59,732 bases of DNA. Origin: an uncultured Methanosarcinales archaeon. Its GTDB lineage: Archaea > Nanobdellota > Nanobdellia > Woesearchaeales > CAZYIM01. The DNA lies in NCBI GenBank assembly GCA_964647565.1, contig CAZYIM010000013.1:1-59732 (forward strand), read 5' to 3'. The position numbers and the translations under genes were made by a program. The notes below the pieces were generated by a model, which saw nothing but the letters and a program-made list of their open reading frames with translations, made no database searches and was not told the origin of the DNA. Shown here piece by piece: positions 48,460 to 57,342 of this stretch (within the stretch, counting starts at the first letter, position 1; the number at the start of each line of letters is the position of its first letter).

Positions 48460-48842
48460 AAAAAATAAAGAAATTTCTCCAAATTCCCTGCTATCAGCCC
48501 TGGTACAACATAGTTATCAAGGCTAATGGTCAGATACAACCGTGTTGTGTTACATATGAGTCAAAGACTGAAAGCATTTACGATAAAAATTTGGAGGAGT
48601 TGTGGCATGGGCCATACATGAGAGAACTTCGATCGCAGATGCTTAAGAGGAAGTTAACCAAAGACTGCAAGGACTGCAACATGATATCAGTGGAATTCAA
48701 CCAACAGATCCGAAACAAACTGAAAAAAGGTAAGTTGGCTGTTTTAATGGAAATCATCAAAGATTACTTAAAAGAATTCCTAACAAAAAGTTCGCTGTTC
48801 AAACCATTAAACACATTGTACTTGAAGTTAAATAAACAATGA
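48456..48842 (+). CDS. Stand-alone SPASM/twitch domain protein (paralog 6b)
   Basis: CYQPW…QPCC…CKDC; ATGA overlap with 6a. Confidence 0.85.
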   Translation: MKKIKKFLQIPCYQPWYNIVIKANGQIQPCCVTYESKTESIYDKNLEELWHGPYMRELRSQMLKRKLTKDCKDCNMISVEFNQQIRNKLKKGKLAVLMEIIKDYLKEFLTKSSLFKPLNTLYLKLNKQ

Positions 48843-50248
48843 AAATGAAAATAATCCTGATCCAATGTCCCTGTTGGTCTGTCAAGGTCCCACCTCTAGG
48901 TTTGGGATATCTCAATGCTTATCTACGACAAAAAGGATTTGACAGCAGAATCTTTGATTTTAACTTGGAACTTTTCTTAAAATCAACAAAAAAACAAAAA
49001 GAACTCTGGAAGGAAACCAACGAACATCTGTGGAGGGAAAAAAAGGTCTTTAAAAAAATAGGATCTGGATTTAAAAAAGAGATTGAAACCTTGGCAAAGA
49101 ATATATGTAAAGAAAAAACAAAACTTATCGGTCTCTCTATCTTTGAATCTACCCTCAATTTCAGCCTATTACTCGCAAAGAAGATAAAAGAAATCGACAA
49201 GACCCGGATAATAATATTAGGAGGTCCTGAATGCTTCAAACAAAGAGCTGGCCATGCGCTGATTTCAAAAAAATATGTAGATGCTGTTGTATATGGTGAA
49301 GGAGAAACGACTTTTCTTGAACTAGCTCAACAAGTCAGAAAAAATAGTATACTTTCTGGCTGTAAAGGCGCTCTAGTCAAAGAAAAAGGAAAAATCACAG
49401 ATCTTGGAGAAAGAACTCTAATAAAAAACATATCTCAACTACCATTCCCAGACTATGAAGGTACAGATATGAAGAATTATTCTCTTAAAGATAGCTACTC
49501 TATTATGGGCTGTAGAGGATGTACAGGGAATTGCATTTATTGTTATGAAAAGAACATTTGGAAAGAATTTAGAGGAAGAAAAGCAGAAAATATTTTTAAG
49601 GAAATCAAATATGCTGTTAAAAAATACAGCAAAAGAAAATTTGAATTCACAGACTCCATGATTAACGGAAATCTAAAGGAAATGGAAAAGCTATGTGCTT
49701 TGTTAATTGATAATCAAATGAAGATAAGATGGACATGCCAAGCCAGAATAGATCATAAACTGACTCTCAATATGTTAAAAAAAATGAAACAGGCTGGTTG
49801 CCAGATGATTACTTACGGTATTGAAAGTGGTTCAAATAAAGTGCTTCATTTGATGAATAGACCGTATACATTCAAGGAAATCGTCAAGTGTTTGATCCGA
49901 ACGAGAGTTGCCAGAATACATTTCGGGGCCAATTTCATAGTTGGATTTCCAGGAGAAAGCAAAAAAGAATTCTATAAGACACTCAAACTACTACCGCTCA
50001 TAAAGTTACTGAATGGTGAAATTATTCTGTTATCATCGCTTTGTATTCTTAAGAAGAGTACATTGAATAAAAAATTAAAAGAGTTTAAATTAAACATCGA
50101 TAGTAATATCATAAAATGGAGGACCTCAGACAATAAGAATAATTTTTATATAAGAGAAAAAAGAATTGAGCGGTTTCATAATTTTGCCCGACTATTGCAT
50201 ATACCAATAGGCTATACAACAAATCAATATCTTTACAAAGGACTATGA
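48839..50248 (+). CDS. Cobalamin-binding-domain radical SAM protein (class B methyltransferase-like)
   Basis: PPLGLGYL, IILGGP, GEGE, LPFPD, RGCTGNCIYC, GIESGS, FIVGFPGE. Confidence 0.92.
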   Translation: MKMKIILIQCPCWSVKVPPLGLGYLNAYLRQKGFDSRIFDFNLELFLKSTKKQKELWKETNEHLWREKKVFKKIGSGFKKEIETLAKNICKEKTKLIGLSIFESTLNFSLLLAKKIKEIDKTRIIILGGPECFKQRAGHALISKKYVDAVVYGEGETTFLELAQQVRKNSILSGCKGALVKEKGKITDLGERTLIKNISQLPFPDYEGTDMKNYSLKDSYSIMGCRGCTGNCIYCYEKNIWKEFRGRKAENIFKEIKYAVKKYSKRKFEFTDSMINGNLKEMEKLCALLIDNQMKIRWTCQARIDHKLTLNMLKKMKQAGCQMITYGIESGSNKVLHLMNRPYTFKEIVKCLIRTRVARIHFGANFIVGFPGESKKEFYKTLKLLPLIKLLNGEIILLSSLCILKKSTLNKKLKEFKLNIDSNIIKWRTSDNKNNFYIREKRIERFHNFARLLHIPIGYTTNQYLYKGL

Positions 50249-51819
50249 AAGGAAAAAGAGTTAAACAAATCCAACAAATACTAACTAAGAGATGGGTGGT
50301 TTTAGTAATATTGACTTTACTTTTCCTGGCAATGAGACTCCCAGTTCTTTTCACATTCGAAGGCATCCTAGGAGGCCATGAAACCTTTGAAATAGGTACA
50401 ATCCTAAGTTATGTTGTAAAAGGAGATATATCAGTTTTCCAAAAAACCCTTCAGGATTATGCTCCACCCTATAATTATCTTATAACCCTTCTGCAAATTC
50501 CATTTACACTTCCTTTCTATCTTATGTTCCCAACCAATCAGTTCAGCTCATTCCTGGGAACACTTACAACAAGTATTCTGACCCTAATCTGTGCATTTTT
50601 ATTCGTAGATAAGCTCTTTAATAGAAAAACTGCTGTTTTTATGGCACTGCTTTTCATATTTACCCCAATCGGTCTCACCATCTCTTCAATCTCATCAGAA
50701 TCTACTGGAAAAAATCTTATCATGCTTGTCATGATACCATTTTTTCTTCTGTTTTTCAGTAAAAAATCTAAGCACAGGCTTTGGAGCATGCCTGTACTAG
50801 CTTTTCTGCCCCTGATCACCCCTTATCATCTAATCCTTTGGCCCTGCACTGCAATTTACCTGATCCTTGAAAACTACTGTAAAAACAAAACTAAGAAAGT
50901 AGAATGGAAAAAATTCACACCTTATCTAAAACGCTTCATCTTGTGGGTATTAATATTATCTCCCCTCTTTTTCCTGGTTTATATTTCAATAACAGGTGCA
51001 ATAATTGAATCAAAACCTTTTGAAACACTTGAACAAGTCAAGATCTTTCTACCCACAATAGATAGGCTAAAGGCATATACCTACTATATTACTCAACCCT
51101 TTGTTGTAGATAATGTCACTAATCTCAAAAGGCTTTCAATAATAACCTATGCAGCTTTTGCGCTTTTCTTGGTCATGTCTATCAGCGCAACAGGGTATTT
51201 TATCAAGAAGGCAAAGGACCAACAAAAAGTAAAGCCGATCTTGTTTTTTGCAATTTATCCAATAATATTTGTTGTTACAGATATTTTATTTAGCAATAAA
51301 TTCACAGGATTCATCAACAGGCCGCTCTCAATCAGGAGCTACTACCTGAAGTTAGTCTTCTTTATTTTGATAATTGTTATATCCTATTTTATTACTCATA
51401 AAAAACATTTCAACAAAGTATTATATGGCATATTCATTCTGAACATAATTGTAAACTTCAGCACAATAACCAGTTTGAACATCAATAATAATTTCATCAA
51501 TTATAACATCGGCTATGAATATAATTGGAAAGCCTTTGAAACACTGAAGAAATATGAAGGCGCTAGATTTGAAGTATATGATTCAATCAACAGGGGATTG
51601 TATTCAAGGGTTATGGATCCATATCGTATCAGGGAAGTCCAATTCTTAGATTATAGACTCTATGGTTATGGAATGAGTCAAGTATATGATAATGAACTAG
51701 GATCGAATTTATGTAATAATATAATGAAGAACAAAGGGGTGGAATTGTGTAAACAAGGTTATTCAATGACAGAAGGGGAAATCAAATATCACCTTCAAAA
51801 GAATCAAAGGATAGATTAA
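50245..51819 (+). CDS. Polytopic membrane protein, GT-C fold (ArnT/PMT-like) candidate
   Basis: About 11 TM helices; MRL…HE acidic loop after TM1; LFNRKTAVFMALLFIFTP; soluble C-terminus. Confidence 0.6.
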   Translation: MKGKRVKQIQQILTKRWVVLVILTLLFLAMRLPVLFTFEGILGGHETFEIGTILSYVVKGDISVFQKTLQDYAPPYNYLITLLQIPFTLPFYLMFPTNQFSSFLGTLTTSILTLICAFLFVDKLFNRKTAVFMALLFIFTPIGLTISSISSESTGKNLIMLVMIPFFLLFFSKKSKHRLWSMPVLAFLPLITPYHLILWPCTAIYLILENYCKNKTKKVEWKKFTPYLKRFILWVLILSPLFFLVYISITGAIIESKPFETLEQVKIFLPTIDRLKAYTYYITQPFVVDNVTNLKRLSIITYAAFALFLVMSISATGYFIKKAKDQQKVKPILFFAIYPIIFVVTDILFSNKFTGFINRPLSIRSYYLKLVFFILIIVISYFITHKKHFNKVLYGIFILNIIVNFSTITSLNINNNFINYNIGYEYNWKAFETLKKYEGARFEVYDSINRGLYSRVMDPYRIREVQFLDYRLYGYGMSQVYDNELGSNLCNNIMKNKGVELCKQGYSMTEGEIKYHLQKNQRID

Positions 51820-51874
51820 GTGAACAACTAAATAATACAGAAATAATAAAAAAGCAACCCAATTCCTGGAAAAA

Positions 51875-52948
51875 ATGGAACAAAAAATTATTAGACGGCT
51901 TCTCAAATGGAAAAAAGGCCAAAAGCAAGGGCCATATGGTATAGAGCTAGCCCCAACTCTAAGATGCAATCTTGATTGTTTGTTTTGCTGGAGAAAAGGT
52001 ATTGACAAAGTAGATTTTCTAAAAGAGATGCCCCTCAACAAATATCTAGAGATAATTGACCAGGCAGCAGACCTTGATGTTAAGGAGATCAAGATTATCG
52101 GAGGTGGGGAAGCGACTTTTCGAAAGGATATTATCCAAATCATGTTAAATGTGAAAGAGAAAAAAATGAGGGGTTATATCTGCACAAATGGGACTCTGTT
52201 CACAGAAAAAGGAATTTTAGAACTTATAAAATTTGGATGGGATCATATAAAAATTAGTCTCCATGGTCCGAACGCTGAAACAGAAGATTTACTGACTGGT
52301 GTTAAGGGAAGTTTTAGAAAGGTTGTCAAAAACCTTGAACTAATTAATTATTACAAGAGAAAATTCAGAAAAAAGAAACCGTTTATTGAACTGGGAGTAG
52401 TGCTTGTGAATAAGAATCATGGCCATATAAGCCAATTCATTGAACTTGCAAAAAAATACGGAGCAGACGCTCTTTTCCTGGAACCCATCACAGCCTATTC
52501 GAAAGAAGGAGAGAAATTAAAGCTCAGTTCTCAACATAAAAAAGAGTTTCAGAAAGAAGTAAAGAAAGCAGAGAATTTAGCGAGAAAATACAAAATTCGG
52601 AATAATTTGTCCAACTTCTTCGAGGATACACTAGTTATTAACACTGGCAAGATGGAAGAAGTGCTGGTAAACAAAAACAAAACAGGATTTGACTGGGCCC
52701 CTTGTTATGAGCCATGGTATAGGCTAGGCATTCGGGTGGACGGACTTGTCGGACCTTGCGGATTCTTTGATGAATCAAGCCCAGAAAACATAAACGAGAA
52801 AACCCTAAAAAAGATATGGTTTGGACCATATTTTGAGAAAAGACGAAAAGCGATGATTGAGAATAAACTGTCTGCTTATTGTAGAAAATGCTGCACGACT
52901 CTTGTTATAAACAATCAAGCTATAAGAAAAGAGCTTAGAAAGAGATGA
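51875..52948 (+). CDS. Radical SAM protein with SPASM/twitch domain (paralog 7)
   Basis: CNLDCLFC, GGGEA, SLHG; CYEPW…GPC…CRKC. Confidence 0.93.
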   Translation: MEQKIIRRLLKWKKGQKQGPYGIELAPTLRCNLDCLFCWRKGIDKVDFLKEMPLNKYLEIIDQAADLDVKEIKIIGGGEATFRKDIIQIMLNVKEKKMRGYICTNGTLFTEKGILELIKFGWDHIKISLHGPNAETEDLLTGVKGSFRKVVKNLELINYYKRKFRKKKPFIELGVVLVNKNHGHISQFIELAKKYGADALFLEPITAYSKEGEKLKLSSQHKKEFQKEVKKAENLARKYKIRNNLSNFFEDTLVINTGKMEEVLVNKNKTGFDWAPCYEPWYRLGIRVDGLVGPCGFFDESSPENINEKTLKKIWFGPYFEKRRKAMIENKLSAYCRKCCTTLVINNQAIRKELRKR

Positions 52949-54129
52949 AAAATAAAAAATTAGTCATATTTTCAACAACCATTATTATAATTGTTACCTT
53001 ATTATTTTTTCTGTTATTTGCCGAGACCAAAACACAAAGAACTAACCTCCCTCTTGATCAATTACGGGCTCTGCCCTATATGAGCTATACAGAAGAAAAA
53101 GCCGACTTAAATAAAACAGGCGTCACTAAATATGATCAAGAAAAGGCATTTGAAGGCTATAACCATGGAACCCATCGTATCTATACTATGAAAGGCGAAG
53201 AGATAAAGTGGGTAATTGGAGAATTTGGCATCATACTAAAAGAGGGTAACTATATTTCAAAGGATGAAACCCTAAAGAAATTTAGTAAGAATGGAGACTT
53301 GATATGGAAGACTGACTTCGACATACATCACGATATAACCTTGACATTCAGGAATACGGTTCTCACACTCATTAATGATATCCACGAGTATAATGGAAGA
53401 AACGTTCTTTTTGACACAGTGTTGGAAATTGACCAAGATGGAAATCTGGTGGATAAATGGTCTACCTGGGACAATTTAGACCATCTGAAAAATGCCATTG
53501 AAGAGACTGAACTGGACTGGCCATCCACTAACCAAACCCCTACACAAGTAAATAATGGATCCAAATATAACCTAACAGAACCAGTGTATGACTATTATCA
53601 TATGAATTCTGTCCAAGAGCTACCGCCAAATCCTTTGGAAAGCAAGGATAATCGTTTCAAACAAGGTAACCTTCTTTTGAGTTTGTCAAACCGAGACCTG
53701 ATAGTGATACTAAACAGAGATCTGAATGAAATTGTCTGGATATGGGGCGTAGGAGAAATTGAAAAGCAACACATGCCAAGGATGCTTGAGAATGGAAATA
53801 TAATAATATTTGACAATGGTAAAGACAGAAACTGGTCCAGAATTATTGAATTGAATCCTCTCACTGAGGAAATTGTATGGGAATACTCTGCCAATCCACG
53901 TACCTCATTCTTTACGAGCTCAAGAGGCTCTGTTCAGAGGCTGCCAAATGGCAATACGCTAATAACTGAATCAGAAAAAGGAAAAGTATTCGAGGTTACA
54001 AGAGAAGGAGAGATTGTTTGGGAATGGTACAATCCTGAATTTGATGAGGAGAGCCGAAGAAGAATGACCTATAGGATGACAAGGTACTCTGAAGAATGGA
54101 TTGAACCCATATTAAGACAAAATGACTGA
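52945..54129 (+). CDS. Aryl-sulfate sulfotransferase (ASST)-family beta-propeller, membrane-anchored
   Basis: HHD, HMNS, QH, IFDNG, IVWEY, QRLPNGNTLITE, GEIVWEW. Confidence 0.85.
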   Translation: MKNKKLVIFSTTIIIIVTLLFFLLFAETKTQRTNLPLDQLRALPYMSYTEEKADLNKTGVTKYDQEKAFEGYNHGTHRIYTMKGEEIKWVIGEFGIILKEGNYISKDETLKKFSKNGDLIWKTDFDIHHDITLTFRNTVLTLINDIHEYNGRNVLFDTVLEIDQDGNLVDKWSTWDNLDHLKNAIEETELDWPSTNQTPTQVNNGSKYNLTEPVYDYYHMNSVQELPPNPLESKDNRFKQGNLLLSLSNRDLIVILNRDLNEIVWIWGVGEIEKQHMPRMLENGNIIIFDNGKDRNWSRIIELNPLTEEIVWEYSANPRTSFFTSSRGSVQRLPNGNTLITESEKGKVFEVTREGEIVWEWYNPEFDEESRRRMTYRMTRYSEEWIEPILRQND

Positions 54130-55189
54130 TTTAAAATACGTTAAAGCCAAGGATGAACTATTAAAGCGGCTATTGTTGTTGCTTATAACAGTTATATTAT
54201 TTGTTGTAATACTAGAGATCATTCTCAGGCTCTCCAGAATAGATAACATAATAGGACAGGCATCCAATATCCAAAATTATTCGACTATAGAACAAGATGA
54301 GCAAAAATATTGGGAAGCTCATACAGAAAGATTTGAGGAGTATAATATACGGACAAAAAATAATGTGCTTCTATATCATCCCTCGTTTAAGGACCATTTG
54401 AACACTAGTAAAGACAACCAGACATTCAGAATAATATTTTTAGGAGATTCAGTAACCTTTGGCGTAAATATACCATCAAAATCAATCTTCCCAACTTTAA
54501 TGAAAGAAAAATGGAAGGAACTCTATGAGAACGAAAACCTCAAAATCGAAGTCCTAAATTTTGGTCAACCCGGATACGATCTGCTCCAGATAAATCTTCT
54601 TTTCGAGGAAGAGGCGGTACATTTTAAACCCGATCTGATAATTTATATCTTTAGTGGTAATGATCCCCAAACAACCAGATATAAAAAAATTAACTCAACT
54701 CATATTTATGGCGAAACTGCAATTAACAGATACGAATATGTACTCACTCTTCCTTTCAATGACATTCTCCTCGAAAATTTATATACCTACAGATTCATTA
54801 ATAAAAGAATAATTAATATTTGTGAAAAATTAGATTGCCAGATAGAAAAAAAGGAATATTATGTTTCCACTGAAAAAACTGCAAAAGCCTTAAACAATAT
54901 AGTCTATACATGTCGAGAAAAGAATATTTCACTCTATATAGTCAATCTACCTGTTATTGAAAAAAATTATCCTGTAAATGAGTTTCTATTACGATATCTC
55001 ACTAAAGAAAATCTTGAATATATCAGATTATTGGAGATCGGCTCAGTACTAACTGAATATGATCCTAACGACATCAGAATCAGTGATGAAGATGCACATT
55101 TTAACACGAAGGGACATAAAATCATGGCTGAAATACTTTTTAATGATCTAATATATAATACCAATCTACTTCCCTCCAGAATAAACTAA
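54122..55189 (+). CDS. Membrane-anchored SGNH/GDSL family protein
   Basis: TM ending LEIILR; GDSVTFG, VLNFGQPGY, GND, DAHFNTKGH. Confidence 0.88.
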   Translation: MTDLKYVKAKDELLKRLLLLLITVILFVVILEIILRLSRIDNIIGQASNIQNYSTIEQDEQKYWEAHTERFEEYNIRTKNNVLLYHPSFKDHLNTSKDNQTFRIIFLGDSVTFGVNIPSKSIFPTLMKEKWKELYENENLKIEVLNFGQPGYDLLQINLLFEEEAVHFKPDLIIYIFSGNDPQTTRYKKINSTHIYGETAINRYEYVLTLPFNDILLENLYTYRFINKRIINICEKLDCQIEKKEYYVSTEKTAKALNNIVYTCREKNISLYIVNLPVIEKNYPVNEFLLRYLTKENLEYIRLLEIGSVLTEYDPNDIRISDEDAHFNTKGHKIMAEILFNDLIYNTNLLPSRIN

Positions 55190-55197
55190 CAAGAAAG

Positions 55198-56238
55198 ATG
55201 AAGAAAAACTACCATACAAAACTAAATGATGCCATAAGTAAAGGTAAGAATATAGGCCCAAAGATAGTCATGATCAGCCCTACAGACTCCTGTAATCTTA
55301 CATGTCAGACCTGCTGGCGGCTTGAAAAGGATGAAGACCCGAACAAATGGAAGTCAAAAGAATTGAAGTTTAATGAAATAATTGGAATTCTGGATGACTG
55401 TAAAGAGCTGGCTGTTGAAGCAATCGACTGTACTGGAGGAGGCGAACCATTTCTAAGAAAAGATATGTTCAAAATCATTAAAGAGATTAAAAAAAGAGGC
55501 TTCTTTGCCACCCTAACAACCAACGGTACAGTGCTGAATAAGACTATGATCAAACAACTGATCGATATTGGCTTAGATGATATCTGTTTCTCTCTTGATG
55601 GGGCTGATGCAAAAACTAATGATGTCATAAGGGGAAAAGGTGTCTTTGAAAAAGCAGTCAATAGTATCGAACTTTTCCAGAAAGTCAAGAATAAAAGTCA
55701 TGTAAACAAACCAGTCATCAGATTAGGTACAGTCATAACTCAGAGCAACTATGACCGACTAGAAAACCTAGGTAAATTAGCGAAAAGGCTGGGAATCTGC
55801 TCCATAAACTTTTCCGTACTGCTTGAATGGTCAAGCAATAAACAGCTTTCTCTGAGAGATATTGATGAAAAAAAGTTGGTACAAGCACTTCAGAGGCTTA
55901 AAAAGACATTACAAAAATATGGAATAGCTTCTAACATCGAACCAATCATCAAGCACGGACTATTTGAACATAATCCTCCAGACTTCTGCTTCGCTCCATG
56001 GCAGATGGCATTCATCAATGCGCAGGGAGATATGCTAGCATGCTGTATCCTGGCCAGTTTTTATGAGAACAAGCTCGGCAATGCGAGAGATTCAGGATTC
56101 AAACAGTTATGGTTCAGTCCAAAAATGGAAAAATTTCGGCAAAGAATTAATCAGAAAAAATTCTATAAAGGCTGCAATAGGTGCTTACCTCAATTTGTAG
56201 AAAATTTTAACAAACTCGCAAAGGAGATGAAATTATAA
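55198..56238 (+). CDS. Radical SAM protein with SPASM/twitch domain (paralog 8)
   Basis: CNLTCQTC, GGGEP, SLDG; CFAPW…ACC…CNRC. Confidence 0.93.
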   Translation: MKKNYHTKLNDAISKGKNIGPKIVMISPTDSCNLTCQTCWRLEKDEDPNKWKSKELKFNEIIGILDDCKELAVEAIDCTGGGEPFLRKDMFKIIKEIKKRGFFATLTTNGTVLNKTMIKQLIDIGLDDICFSLDGADAKTNDVIRGKGVFEKAVNSIELFQKVKNKSHVNKPVIRLGTVITQSNYDRLENLGKLAKRLGICSINFSVLLEWSSNKQLSLRDIDEKKLVQALQRLKKTLQKYGIASNIEPIIKHGLFEHNPPDFCFAPWQMAFINAQGDMLACCILASFYENKLGNARDSGFKQLWFSPKMEKFRQRINQKKFYKGCNRCLPQFVENFNKLAKEMKL

Positions 56239-57287
56239 TGCATTGGAAAGTCAAGAAACTAGGCTATATCTATGCCATGTATTTGTCAAGACTCTTTAAC
56301 TGGCCCCTGATTAAACCAAGAACAATAACCATCACACTGACTGCAAAATGCAATCTCAGATGCATTATGTGCGATCACTGGAGAGCCAAATCTGTTGAAC
56401 CTTCCTTAAATGAAGTCAAGAAGTATATTGACCAGATTGTAAAATGGGGTATTGAAGAGATCGACTTAAGTGGAGGAGAACCGTTCTGTTATAAAGATAT
56501 ATGGAAAGTGATTGAATATGCCACAAAAAACAGATTAAAGATGAACATAACTACAAACGCCAGCCTCTTCAGCCTAAAACAGCTTGATAAAATATTAGAC
56601 TCAACAGTAAGCCGCCTCCAAATTTCAATTGATGGTAAAGATTCAGAAACTCATGACAAGATAAGGGGTGTGAAAGGCACTTTTGACAAGGCGCTTAAAG
56701 CTGTTGAATATCTCCATAAGAAAAGAATACAAAGAAAAACTCCTTTGCTACTCAACATAACTACAGTAATTCTTAGGCATAATGTCAACCAACTGGTTGA
56801 GATCTATAAGCTTGCCAAGAAAAAAGGATTTGACTCACTAACCTTCCAGCCGGTTAATGACAGCAACCTAGAAATTGGAAGAAAAAAGGCTTATAATCCA
56901 CTAAGAATACAAGAAAAACAGCTGCCTGTTCTGGATGAACAAATCGATCGGTTGATTACTATCAGAAAAAAAGATCATTTCATTGGAAACACCATCAGCT
57001 ATCTTAAATCGATAAAGACGTTCTTTAGGGGTGAAAAAGTCAGAGCGTTGAAGTGCTATGCAGGTTTTGTAGTAGGAATAATCAGCCCAGAAGGTAGGTT
57101 TTGGACATGCAAAGGTGATTATGGAAACCTTATTAGACATAATATTAAGAAAACCTGGTATTCTAGTGCAGCATCAAAAAAGAGGAGACTGATCAGAAAA
57201 TGCAAATACTCTTGCATGTACCCCTGTTATCTTGAGGGTGATGCTGACAATCTTATCGAAGCTACAAAAAAGGTTTTTAGAGAGTAA
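56238..57287 (+). CDS. Radical SAM protein with SPASM/twitch domain (paralog 9, more divergent)
   Basis: CNLRCIMC, SGGEP, SIDG; CYAG…C…CKYSCMYPC. Confidence 0.92.
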   Translation: MHWKVKKLGYIYAMYLSRLFNWPLIKPRTITITLTAKCNLRCIMCDHWRAKSVEPSLNEVKKYIDQIVKWGIEEIDLSGGEPFCYKDIWKVIEYATKNRLKMNITTNASLFSLKQLDKILDSTVSRLQISIDGKDSETHDKIRGVKGTFDKALKAVEYLHKKRIQRKTPLLLNITTVILRHNVNQLVEIYKLAKKKGFDSLTFQPVNDSNLEIGRKKAYNPLRIQEKQLPVLDEQIDRLITIRKKDHFIGNTISYLKSIKTFFRGEKVRALKCYAGFVVGIISPEGRFWTCKGDYGNLIRHNIKKTWYSSAASKKRRLIRKCKYSCMYPCYLEGDADNLIEATKKVFRE

Positions 57288-57342
57288 TCCAGCATAACTT
57301 TTAAATAACCTCACTCATTTCTTGACTATTCAGGGGGTTGTT

